Position numbers and translations under genes: made by a program. Of a DNA stretch of 64,000 nucleotides, positions 12,553 to 24,758 are shown piece by piece. Position 1 is the first letter of the stretch; each line of letters begins with the position of its first letter. The notes under the pieces were generated by a model. That model was not told the DNA's origin. It was given only the letters and a program-made list of their open reading frames with translations, and searched no databases. Source of the stretch: Azolla caroliniana (Eukaryota; Plantae; Polypodiophyta); contig JBHGNT010000015.1 of NCBI GenBank assembly GCA_043228905.1, forward strand, positions 14,136,001 through 14,200,000. The letters are read 5' to 3'.

Positions 12553-15469
12553 ATGGTACTGTCGGAGGAGGCACGCCAATGGATGAGGGAGAACGGGTTA
12601 AAAGGATTGCTGCGGATCGTCGACGCTCCACCACACGCAGAACTAGAGCAGGCGGCAACATCGATTGATTTATCAGAAATCACGGAAGGAGCGGTGCAGG
12701 CGCTCACAGGGATAAAAGCAGGAGGACTTCAAACAATCGAAAACCCTTCAAGTGAAATCCTGTTCAAATATTTCGGTGAGTACTCTATCAGCAGCAAGGC
12801 GTACCGAACACAGGGCGGAGAGAACCTGCTATTCGGAGAAGTGGCCCGCGCCATGATGGAATACAGATTCGTGAATCCTCGTCCCCCGGCCATAGCCAGG
12901 TACCGGGCACCGTTCTTAATTGTAGCCTACGAAGGATTACAAGTGGACTGGCTCCATTTCATAACCGAAGGATTGAAGGAGGCCATCAAGAATCTTGTGG
13001 AAGGAAAAAAGCCATGGGCCGGGATAGCACAATGGCTAACGGTGTTAGTCCCACCGGTGCTCCCCATCACACAAAAGAAAAGAGGTCGGTAGGAGACGAC
13101 GCCGAAAAAGGTCACAAAGCGCCGACAGATCTTGGAGAAACACACCCCCGGATGGACCCAGCAAGAAGCAGAACAGCGGGGGGAAGGACCATCCCGACAG
13201 CAACAGGAACCGGCAACAAAGGCAAAACTGGCAGGAAAAGGCAAAGGGAAATCGGCCGAGGAGGAACCGGTAGCGCGCAAACCAATCAATATAACGCTGC
13301 GACGGCCGGAACCGGAACCGGAGGTCTTTATACAAAAGGTCTGTCTGGTAGCCGCACCGGAGGAAGAAGCTGAAACAGAAGACTCATCCGAACCACTGGT
13401 AAGACTCCTAGCAAGACAAGGTCGGGAGAGACGGGCGAAAGGACCGGCTCCACCAGTTGACAAAACTCAGCAGAGGGCGCAAGGACCACCTCCAGTAGCT
13501 GAGGCGGAAGCAGTACCGGAACCCGTACCGAGGGAAGCAGCACCGACACTGGTTGTGCCGGACTTCAGAGAACCGGTCATCCCAGGGAAGAAGAATGAAC
13601 AAGCGCCGGAGCCAGAGAAAAGGCCGGAAAAACAGACTGAGTTAAGGAGTAGAAGTGAGCAAGGCTACCCCGACACAGGAAGCACAAAGCCACAATGGCT
13701 GAGATGGCTTTCAGAGCAGTTATCGGGAGTAGCGGACCAGTTAGAAGAAGAAGAAATGTGTAGGCAATAGCTGACGCATACAACAACTCAGGAGTTGGTC
13801 GCGCTCCGAACACAGATCGAGGAAATGCAAGGGGAGCTATTGCAGGCAAGGGAAGGAATTCAACAAGCACAAGTTGTCACCAAGCCGGTCGGGACAACAA
13901 GGAAGCAACCGGAACCGGAACCGGAACCGGTAGCCTTGCAAACCGGCCCTGAGACCGAAAAAATAATAGAAACCTTACGAGAGGAGTTAAAAGCTCAGGA
14001 GGCATTAAGGGAAAAAGAAAGGGAGTAGCGGAAAGCGGTGGAGGACGACAGACGAAAAATGGAAGAAGGCCTCCGGAAAGGCCGAGCCACTAATGACCGA
14101 CTGCAAGAAGAAAAAGAGAAGTTGCAAAAGGAGAAGGACCGATTGCGTCGACATGCCGAGCAGGAGATAGAACGACTAAAGGAAGAACTCTGACAACAGA
14201 AGGACCGGGACGATCGGTTAAGAGCTCAGGCAAACCGACGCCTGAAGCAGAAGACGGAGGATTTCGACCGTCTCTACCGAGATCACAAGCAGGCCGAGTC
14301 GGACAACAAGAAACGGGCAGCAGACTACGACCGGCAAATAGAGAAGCTGAAAGAACAGCTTAAAGAGACCCGATTAGACCTGGCTAAGGCAATGGATGAG
14401 GTCAGTGCCAACAAGGAAGCATTGTCGGCGGAAATAGCCCAAGCGACGGAGAGAAGGAAGGAATTAGAGACGCTAAGGCGGGAAAAGCTGGATCTAACCA
14501 AGATTAGGAATGAAGAAAAGGAAAAATCGACCTTCACGATAAGCAAACTGCAAAGTACCTATGAAAAGCAGAAAGCGGATTACGAGGCCCAGGCTCAGAT
14601 AATGGCCGACATTATAAAACGGGCAAGGAAGGAAAAGCAAGAAGCTTATGCGCATGCTAAGGCGGGGGTTGACCGGATCAAGCTCATCATGTCAGGATGG
14701 AGTACCCGAGCTCAGGCAAGCATCAACGAAAGTACGGAAAAGCTATGGAAGGAGTGGTCACAACAGGCAGCCGAGTTGCAGACACTCCGAGCGGATGCCG
14801 AGAATCGGAGGAAGACCGGTGAAAAGTTCTACAAGATGGATGAAGAAAGTATCGTCGCCATTCGGGAAGAATTGTCGGAGGATTTCTACGCTTTAGCGGA
14901 AGAACATCTCAAAGAAATCCGAGGGTTGGTAGAGAGGTTGGATGACGGGCAGCTCGCAACTCAGTTGGAGTTGGAGAAATACGAGCAGGACCAGGTACGA
15001 CAGGAAGCTAAGGGAAGAACGACGCCAATCACTATTAGTGAGGGAGAGCGACCGACTGAAGTTGAACCAACCGACACTGAACAACCCCGACAAGGAATAC
15101 CCGAAGAAGAACTTCCGTTCGAAGGAAATCAAGAAGAGCAGGAGCAGACGGATGCCGGAGAAGAAGAAGAGCTGAGACCGGAAGACACCAGAGCAAAGGA
15201 AGAAGGCGTACCGAGCCGACTAGTCGAGACCGGAGAAAGCGACACTGGTAACAAAACAGAGCCTGGAACAGAGGGAGAACAGGAAGAACCCGGACGAAGC
15301 AGTGAGGAAAGCACCGGCACCACAGAATCAAGCAGAGCCGGAGCAGCAAATTTTTATGGAACAGCCAACCCAACCGGAGGTCGGAGACCAGGCAGGCAAG
15401 GAACAGGAGGAAGAAGCACCACTTGACACCATCGAGCAGAGTGTGCTCGATATTTTGGAGGAAGAATGA
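12553..15469 (+). pseudogene. Gypsy B extra ORF (~970 aa): globular N-terminal domain, Pro/Glu linker, long coiled coil, acidic tail
   Basis: ORF-track pieces 12310, 13132, 13795 and 14392 are all in one frame, broken only by TAG 13090, TAG 13768, TAG 14026 and TGA 14191; probable late frameshift ending ...VLDILEEE* at 15469. Confidence 0.8.
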
Positions 15470-15519
15470 GGCCGGGAGTGGATTCGAAGTGCAAGACACT
15501 TTCCCACGGGCGTGCCATG

Positions 15520-15909
15520 TGTTGGCCGGTCAGAAGAGCAAGGACAAGTGGGAAGGCGGAGTCGGATCGGATAATAGGAAGTAAATAATAGTAGAATTAT
15601 TATTCGGAGGGACGGATCCGGTACAGTTGTACCGATCCGGATCCGGACCGATTCGGATGTCGGTTGCCTAAGCGCACCGATTGTAACCTTGCCGGATGCC
15701 TATAAAAGGATCCGATGATTTGTAAAGGGTTTGACGGAAGTAATACAAAAGTAATTATTGCGTGTTTATCTATATCTTCGTATTGTTTACTGTATGTGCT
15801 TAATTGTAATCATCTTACGCGTGTAACCTAGCATCGAATCCTTACCACCCCTTTGGAGAAGTGTCGGATAGACACCTGTGTTGAGGCTAGTCCGGCCAGG
15901 CAGACAACA
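15520..15909 (+). repeat. 3' LTR of Gypsy B
   Basis: Direct repeat of 5813-6202. Confidence 0.95.
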
Positions 15910-16188
15910 GCTGGTGTTGATTTCCTTGATGTTAACAAGGGATGTCAACCGTTTTTATACATGTAGTGAAGCATGATAAGCATGCTCATGCCCAATCTTA
16001 CATACTATAATATCAAGCATACTAATCCTTGCATGCCAAGTCTTACATATTGAGCCTTACATACTGAGTCTTACATACTGAGTCTTATATACCACTCTTT
16101 ATACAAAGGTTTAAAATTTAAAGTTTGTCTAGGAGAAATATATATATACAAGAACGTAAGGCTAAAATTCAAGTCGATGTTCATGACA
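15910..16188 (-). repeat. Proximal part of the 3' LTR of the Tcn1-like chromovirus
   Basis: Minus strand reads PPT AAGGGGAGGATAA then TGTCATG at 16188; short CTTACATACTGAGT repeats inside. Confidence 0.75.
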
Positions 16189-16200
16189 TTATCCTCCCCT

Positions 16201-19200
16201 TAACCGCCAACTTCAAGAAGATGTGGGTTTGTCAGGATATCGAAGATGAAAATCATGAACCACTTCCGGGGCATTGAGTAAATTTCGAGCGGGCTCCCAT
16301 GTGGCCTCAGAGATGGGATATCCTTTCCACAAGCCCAGATAATGGAGCTTCTGTCGGCTCTTGCGCGAGTCTAGAATGGTCTCGACTTCATACTCATCCC
16401 AGTCGCCAAAGCTAGAGGAGGGGGTGGCTCGATGCTTCTTCCTAGAATTGAGAATGGATGATAGAGCTCAAGAAGTGATGCATGGAAGACATTGTGAATT
16501 CGGTAGTGTGATGGAAGCACAAGACGGAAAGCCATAGGGTTGACTTTGTCAAATGATGTGGAACGGACCCAGCTTTTTGTAATCGAGTTTGTTGCATGGG
16601 AGAGTTGTTGGAATATGCCGACGTAATAGCCAAACCCTGTCGCCAACTTTTAAACTAGGTGCAGCCTAGCGATGTCGATCAACCTTCTCTTCGTGTCGTT
16701 CTTGAGCAATGGAGAGTTCTAGGGATAGGTCATGATGCACTTCTTTCATAAGACGAGATCGTTCTTCAGCAGATGGATTCACAAAACCAGCAGGGATAGC
16801 TATGCTCAAGCGTGGTTGGAACCAATAATTTGCGAAGAAGGGTGTTACGCTAGTTGATGTGTGGAGAGTATTGTTCTAGGCGAACTTAGCCATTGGAAGA
16901 ATTTTGATCCAATCATCTTGTTGATAACTTATCATATATCAGAGATATTGCTCGAGGATCTGATTTACTTGTTCCATTTGGCCATCTGTCTCAGGATGGA
17001 AGGCCGTTGAAAATTTTGTGGAAGTTCCAAGAGTCTGGAAGAGGCGTTTCCAGAAATGAGACATAAATTGGGGACCGCGATAAGAAATAATGTCATCCGG
17101 TAAACCGTGAAGGCGCACAATATTTGTTAACAATAGATCTGTTGTTTCCATCCTTGAAATTGCTTTAGAACATGGAATAAAATTTGCCATCTTTGTGAGC
17201 CTATCAACCACCACCAATACTAAATTGAATCCCTCAATGTCGGGAAGGTTAGTGATAAAATCTATCGAGATGGAGGCCCATGGCCTATTTGGAATTGGCA
17301 GAGGTGGAAGTAGATCGTAGGGATGATGATGTACTGCTTTGGCACGGGCACATGTATCACATGTTTTCACGAATTTTTTAACAAGTTTCCAAGGTTGTGG
17401 CCACCAATAACTTCTAGAGATTAACCCTAAAGTTTTTGCAACACCAAAATGTCTAGCTAGGACATCATCATGCCACTCCTTCCGGCTACGGATACAACAA
17501 GGACCATCTGGAACATACATTAAGTTGTTCTGGAAAAGAAAACCATCCTGAAACATAAATTGTTCATGATATTTCATACCTCCCTTATGCTTCAGTTGTT
17601 GACTCGATTCTCCTTAATCTCTTTTGCAAATTTATCGTTAGCAGTATCTATCACTATTGCATTGAGTAATGATTCATCCGCGCCCATATAAGCTACAAAG
17701 AGTTGCATTTGATGTGGTTGTAGGAGACAACGTGATTGTTGATTGTAGATCGCATCTCCTGGCCGGATTTCGAATTCGGAATGCCAAGATAGGGCATCAG
17801 TTTTACCATGTTGGGCACCAAGACGAAAAATAATTTCGAAGTCGTAATCAGCCAGGAAGGTCGACCATCGTGCTTGGCTCCGGTTCAAAATGCAAGTAGT
17901 GATGAAGTAGACAAGGTTCTTGTGATCGGTCACCACTTGGACACAGTGTTGTGCGCCCGCCAAATGAGAACGCCATTCTTCAAAGGCGGCAATAATGGAG
18001 GAGAGTTCATTGTCATAAAAGGTAATAGGATGAAGGATCCCATTGTTATCGGATTGAGAGAGAATGGCACCGATGGAGAAGTTAGAGGCATCAATTTCGA
18101 TCGTAAATGGTTTGGTCACATCAAGGTGTAGAAGTACTAGAGCCGAGGTAAAAACTTTCTTTAGTGTCTCGAATGCCAGTTGGGTTGTAGGAGTCCAGCA
18201 AAAAAGAGAATCCTTCCAAGTGAGTGCTTTAAGGGGTTGCGCCAATGTAGAGAATCCTTGAATGAATCGACGATAGAAGTAGGCAAAACCCAAAAATGAT
18301 TGCACATCCTTGACCCTAGTGGGGACTTCCCACTCTTGAACCGTTGCGACTTTCTTCTAGTCCATAGTGAGACCATCAGATGAAATAACATACCCGAGGA
18401 ATTCAATTGAGGTTCAATCAAACTCACACTTCTAAGGTTTCGCATAAAGTCCACGTTCCCAAAGTTTGGACAGGATAAGTCAGACATGCTTGGTGTGCTC
18501 TATGTAGTCTTGTGAGAAGATAAGTATGTCGTCGAGATAGATGACCACAAATTGGTCCAAATATTCTCAGAATATATCATTCATCATATGTTGAAAAACT
18601 ACAGGAGTGTTTGTGAGACCAAATGGCATTACCGTGTATTCAAAATGCCCGTACCTGGTTCGAAATGCCGTTTTCCACTCATCTCCAGGCTTGATACGCA
18701 CCAAATTGTAGGTGCCTCTAAGATCGATTTTGGAGAATATACACCCAGCCCAAAGTCAGCCGAGGAGTTTGGGGATTAGAGGTAGTGAATAGCAGTTTCA
18801 AGCAGTGACTTGATTGAGCTTGCGATAGTCGATACATAAGCATAACATTCCATCTTTCCTTTTGACAAATAGGATAGGAGAGCTAGCTGGAGATTTTGAG
18901 TGGCGAATGAATCCCTTTGTGAGATTCTTTTCAATGTATATTTTGAGGGCCTTGAGTTCAGGTTCAGATAACCCTTAGATAGGGCCAAAAGTAGGACAAG
19001 CACCATCTTTCAAGTCAATTGGACAATCATATGGGCGATGTTTAGGCAGACGATCAACATTTTTCTTCTCAAATACATCAGAGAAGTTATTGTATTTTGA
19101 TGGAAAAGAGCTAGTACATAGGTCAATGTCTCGAGTGCACACGACCGCCATGTTCTTAGAATTAGAAATGGATGCAGTCAACACTGTATCACTTACCCAA

Positions 19201-20257
19201 GCAAGAGTGGAAACAGTTTCCGAGGCTGAAGCCGGAGTAACTATCGATGTTGTTTCTATTGGAGTAACCATTGACATGGTACTCGCGGAAGAGGAAATGG
19301 GAGCGACCACTAACTTGGTCCTCACCGGAGCAGAAATGGAAGTTGCCTCCAAAACATGAGTGGCAGCAACCGTTGACGCGGTCCTCACCGAAGCAAAAAC
19401 GAGAATCGGAGTGACCGCTGACGTGGTCCTCACCGGAGCAGAAACGGGAGTTTCCTCTGAAACATGAGTGGGAGCAACCGTTGACATGGTCCTCACCAAA
19501 GCAGAAATGGGAATTGGAGCAACTGTTAATATGGTCCTCGCCAGAGCATGCGTCCAAACAAATGGCGGAGCATTGGCTCGAAGAAGAGCTGAAGCAATCG
19601 CTTGTGAGCAAGAATTCGAGGTGAAGTTGATGGAGCGAGATCGTCAATCCACGATTGAATTGTGAGTCTCAAGCCATGATAACCCGAAGATGATAGGATG
19701 TCGAGGTGATGTGATGAGGTTAAAAATGATTTCTTCCTGGTGGCCTCCTATGTGGAGACTCAAGGGAATTGTTGTATTTGTGATTGCACCAGAAGAGAGC
19801 GTTTGACCGTTGATCACTTCAACTGGAATCGGGACAGTTATTTTATCGCTTGGAATGTTATGTGTCCATGCAAACATGATATCAATAAAGCACGACATAG
19901 CCCCAGAATCCAACAAAGCTTTTGTCTTCAGAGTGGTAGAGCCAAACTGGAGAGTGATCGAAAGCGTGAAGCTTGTTGTCGAGGCAGTCGATTGATTGGG
20001 CCCTTGACACAATTGTCGACTCTTGTGGTCCAGATGCACAACCCCTATTGCAACTGGACATTGGAGTTTTCCTATTGATAAAAAATGTCAACCCCATCCA
20101 CATGATGTGGTGTTTGACGGGGTCCCTTTTTTGGGCAAGAGCGGATCAAATGGTCGAGGCCGCTACAATAGAGACATAAACTGTTGGCCCATCGATGTTG
20201 TTGTTGCACGTTCATCAATGGCCAGTACCGAACTCGATCGATCTCCATTGGGGAGCT
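16201..20257 (-). pseudogene. pol: Tcn1-like chromovirus pol and gag end (knuckle, PR, RT, RH, INT, chromodomain), degenerate
   Basis: CLYCSGLDHLIRSC, ALLDSGA, LPKHRPYDCPIDL, SFLGFAYFYRRFI, PWASISIDFI, HNVFHASLL; chromodomain YEVETILDSRK...LWKGYPISEATWEP...FHLRYPDKP at about 16228-16398. Confidence 0.9.
19170..19550 (-). repeat. Degenerate 45/63-bp coding repeats (VRTxSxVAPx..S) between protease and RT
   Basis: Recurrent GGTCCTCACC(GG)AGCAGAAA and GCAACCGTTGAC motifs. Confidence 0.75.
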
Positions 20258-20791
20258 AGAATTGTTGAGTGACAAGCTCAACATTAGGTGCGTAATATGG
20301 TACACAACCCAGTGCATAGACTGGGTGCGTAAAACTGTGCGCACAACATGGCCGTAACGGTTCGTAAACCAAAAGGCCATTAGAGTGTTATTCCTCGTAA
20401 GGAATAATTTTGGGAGTTTGTGTAGTAGGCTCATTTCTGAGTAGTCAAGTACTGTCAGTACTTGTGTTAGCCTGATAGTCAAGGCTTATATAAAAGGTGC
20501 TCACTGAGCACGAAGTATGTACACACAGAGTGTTATTTTTTGAATTTGAGTTTTTATGTTCTGCTCTCGCTCTCTGTCTTTCCCTCTCCATCTCTGCGCT
20601 TTAAGTGTTTTACCGAACTGTCATACTTACGAACTATGTACTCTGTGCTTTCCGCATACGCTTCCGCACACGCTATTCGTTTACATGGTATCAAAGAGCG
20701 AGGGTTAAAATCCTCTACACCTGATAGAAAAGCTTGCGACAAAGATAGAGTTGAGTTTGTTCTCCCTACTTTGGAAAGATAAGATAGTGAC

Positions 20792-23700
20792 ATGGATAGA
20801 GGAATGGGAAGCTTGCTACCGATCGAGAAGCTCGACAGGAGCAACTACACGTCGTGGTCGTACAAGATGCACCCGTACCTGCTTGGCCATGGCTACGAGA
20901 GTTATGTCGAAGGAACTAATGATGCGGCACCCGATTCAACACACAAAGACTTTCCAGCTTGGGAACAAGTGGCAAGCAGAGTTCTCTATTGCTTTGCATC
21001 CTGTGTGAGCAACCAACTATTGAGTTATATTCAGGATGCCAAGATGCTAAAGGATGCGTGGGAAAATCTCAAAAGGATTTTTGTTGCAAGCACAATGGCC
21101 AGGAAGCTGCACCTCAGACAAGAGCTAAGTAATGTCCGGCACAAAGATTTGTCTGTGGCCGATTATACGGCCCAAATCAAGGAAATCTGTGACTCACTCG
21201 CCTTCTTCAACGTGAACGTCGAGGAGGGCGAGATGGTGCAAGTGTGCCTTGGTGGGCTACGGTTCAAGTTCGGAGCTTTCCGAATGGCAGTCTGCAGGAG
21301 GGATAGTACACCTTCATTCTTCGAGCTTCAGTCAATGTTGCTCGTAGAGGAAAATCACCCAAGTGCGTCAATGAGTACGGACGCCAATGGCAAGATGTTG
21401 TACACGGAGGAAGATAGAGCCTGTGGTCGTGGTGGACGAGACGGATCCACGCGTAATGGAGGCGGTCGAAAAGAGCAAAACGTACGGCATAATCGTAAGG
21501 CCGAACCCTTCGGAAGCAGGGGGAGTCATAGTGGTGTCGGAAGCCAGCAAGATAAGGCCGCAACAGAATGTTGGTACTGTGGGAAGAAAGGCCATAGGGA
21601 GAACGAGTGTTGGAAGAAACAAGCTGGATCAAGCGGGAGAGAGGCAGGAAGGCGTCAAAAGTCGGACTACGCTGAAGGCTCCGAACGAGCCGGAAATGGA
21701 TTGGGCCCTGCCTTTGTAATGAGGCACAAGGCCAATTCGATGGCCGTGAACACCTCAAAATTGAGCGAGGTGTGGTATGTTGATTCCGAAGCGTCAAATC
21801 ATATGACGAGTCACGAGGAATGGTTCTCGTACTTGGAGAGGCCAGAAAAAGGAGTGGTCGAAACCAAAGACAACACTCCGCATACCATCGAACATGTCGG
21901 TGAAGTACCCCTCAGCCACGTCAGGATGAAAGGGAAGCTCATGAACATGTTGCACGTCCTGACAATAACCAAGAACCTTGTGACAGTCAGACAGATCATC
22001 GACCAAGGTATGCAAGTTCGATTCACGCATCTCGGCTGCTTCATAGAAGAGGAAGGCAAGATAATCGCGCAAGGGCGCTGTGAAGGGAGGATGTTTATCC
22101 TCGAAACCAACAATGTGGGCACCGCTATGTTTGTGAAAGGACAGAAGGTCAAGTCGGACATCGACTTGTGGCATAAGTGGTTCGGCCATATTAACTTCCC
22201 GCGGCTTTGTGAAATGCAGACGAAAAACATTGTTTTCGGCTTGCCGAAATTTCGAAGCTGGAATGGCCAAGTCTGCGAAGCCTGCCAGATGGGAAAACAA
22301 CACTGACTTCCATTCCCCAACGAGCATAATCGTAGGTGAAATACACTGTATTTGATCCATTCGGATGTGTGGGGAACGGCACAAAATGTGAGTCTCGGTG
22401 GAAGCCATTACTTCGTAACCTTCATCGACAACTTCACTCGGCACACCTGGGCATGCACAATCGCGAAGAAGAGCAAAGTCTTTGCATGTTTCCTAAAGGT
22501 GAAGAGCCTTGCGGAAAGGGAAACAAGGCGTAAGATCAAATGCCTACGGTCCGATGGCGGGAAGGAGTACTTCTCCGACTAGTGCACAAGTTATCTACAG
22601 AAGGAGGGAATTCGAAGTGAATTGTCATGTAGATACACACTACAATAGAACAGCGTGGCCGAGCGGAAGAATCAGACAATCGAAGAAGCGGCTAGGGCAA
22701 TGCTTGAAGAGAAGCATATGCCGAAATTTTATTGGGCCGAAGCCATGAGGACGGCTGTCTACTTGCAGAATCAGACTTCTGCTAATGGAGGAGTGTCGCC
22801 ACATGAGCTGTATTTCGGAAAGAAGCCAAACTTGGCACACTTGAGGATTTTCGATAGCATTGCATATGTGCATGTGCCAAAGGAAAAGAGGAGGAAGCTG
22901 GACGCCAAAGCCAAAAAGTGCATCTTAGTCGGCTATTCAAACAAGCAGAAGGGGTATAAGTGTTACCACCCCCGAATAAAGGAAGTACGCGTAAGTCGAG
23001 ATGTCATGTTCGACGAGTCCGCTTCGTGGTACTTGCATTCCCCTCTAGTACCTCACAACTCCATTCCGAATTCTAAAGAAGAAGTCAGCAAGTCTGAAAT
23101 GCCTCCACATGATGAGAACATCGAAGCTCTGAGGGAGAGTTCGATCTCATTTCAGCTACGTAGGCTGAATGACCAACCAAATGAAGAGACGGCGAGTAGT
23201 GTAGACTCAGTCGTGATGTCCCCGTGTAAAGAACCGAGGAGACGGTTTATGTGCCAGGAGAAAGGGAAGAAAAAGATGTCGGAGTACGATTTTGACAATG
23301 TCAAGTCATATTGGAGTGAGTCTAACTATGGGCAAAATGAAACGAAACCTCTACAGAAGAGGTCGAAATTGGCCGAAAAAGCCATAAAATCGGGTAATTC
23401 TGAATTACGTTGATCTACCCGCCAGAAGAGCCACGTAAAGAGATATGGGTACAATGAGTACATGGCGCATCATTATGCATACATGACGCAAGTGGCGGAA
23501 GTGCATGAGCCGGAGAGCTATGTAGAAGCGGCGAAAGACGTAAATTGGTGTGCCGCGATGGAGGAAGAGATGCGCGTTTTAACAGACAATGAGAATTGGG
23601 ACCTGGTTGATGCACCGAAGGGTGTTAAGCCAATCGGATGCAGGTGGGTGTATAAAGTGAAATACAACACCAACGGCTCTGTCAATCGATACAGGGCCCG

Positions 23701-23978
23701 TTTAGTTGTGAAAGGCTACGCGCAGAAGCACGGCGTGGACTACGATGAGACCTTCACGCCTATCGCGAAGATGACTACCGTGCGTGTTCTACTAGCCATA
23801 GCTGCCGCAAAGGGGTGGCACTTACATCAGATGGATGTAAATAACGCGTTCGTGCAAGGTGATCTTGAGGAACAGGTGTACATGGTACAACCCCCCAGAT
23901 TTCTATCCGAAGAAAATACCTTGGCAATTTTCCGATTGAAGCATTGAGCCCCGCGAGCCTGGAGCACCAAGATTACGC
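20792..23978 (+). pseudogene. Copia C gag-PR-INT-RT (5' part)
   Basis: CWYCGKKGHRENEC, WYVDSEASNHM, WHKWFGH, LRSDGGKEY, RYRARLVVKGY, QMDVNNAF. Confidence 0.9.
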
Positions 23979-24725
23979 TGTCGTGAAGAATTTCGGCCAG
24001 AGCCGGAAACCGGGAAACATTGGCTACATCGGCGGGGTGCAGCGTGTGTACGCACCCATGTACATTTAGTGTGAATAACGAGGGCGCCTTTATGGCGCTG
24101 AAGAGTAGTCAAGTCGGGACAAACGGTCCCATGTAAGTCGGGGTTTATCCCACATTGTAACGCATCCCTGTGCTTGTTCTATAAAAGGAAGGGAACACCC
24201 TTTGTGAAAGGGTTGCCCATTTTGCATTAGAGGGTATACCGTTAGGTTTAGATTTAGTTTCTTCTTCTTCTTCTCCCCCTTCGTGTTCGCTTAGGGTTTG
24301 CTTCAACTCATCTCCTGCGCAAGACCCCGCTCGGCACGACGAGCCCGTGAGCTCCCCGACCGGCGGCTTGGCAATTGACGACTACTGTAACCTACCCCGG
24401 TCCGGCTTGACGCCGGGAATGTATTCTTCCTTTTATATATGTATATACACGTTTGCGTCTGTCTGTGTATATTCGCGTCTTCGTTGGTGTCGGGTGCTTC
24501 CCCCTTTTTGCCTTTCCTGTACGTAAGGGTGTGGGTCGGGTTGGCCTGTGTGTGCGTGAGTCAGTCTCTCTCTCTATCTCTCTCTCTCTCTTCGGTTGCT
24601 TCCGGTGTGCTTCTGGGATGCCCCGGAGACGGTGAAGCGCGACTTCCTACGCTCCATCACTCCCTAGTCCAAGACCCCCGTGGTCCCGCCTTTCTCCACG
24701 CACGCGCGTAATAACGCGACATCTT

Positions 24726-24743
24726 TGGTGAACCCGACGTGAA
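24726..24743 (+). promoter_or_regulatory. PBS complementary to tRNA-Trp
   Basis: TGGTGAACCCGACGTGAA is the reverse complement of the plant tRNA-Trp 3' end UUCACGUCGGGUUCA-CCA (recalled sequence). Confidence 0.85.
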
Positions 24744-24758
24744 AGGTGGCAAGGGAGG

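Larger units (their letters stand above)
5813..15909 (+). mobile_element. Gypsy B: full-length non-chromovirus Ty3/Gypsy element with a long 3' extra ORF
   Basis: 390-bp LTRs at 5813-6202 and 15520-15909 (about 8 mismatches), TSD ACTGG/GCTGG, gag-PR-RT-RH-INT order. Confidence 0.95.

Noticed and set aside
12553-15469. Retroviral envelope gene or host myosin/SMC-like gene
   Set aside because: No signal peptide or transmembrane segment visible; lies between integrase and the 3' LTR with no introns; coiled-coil similarity is non-specific
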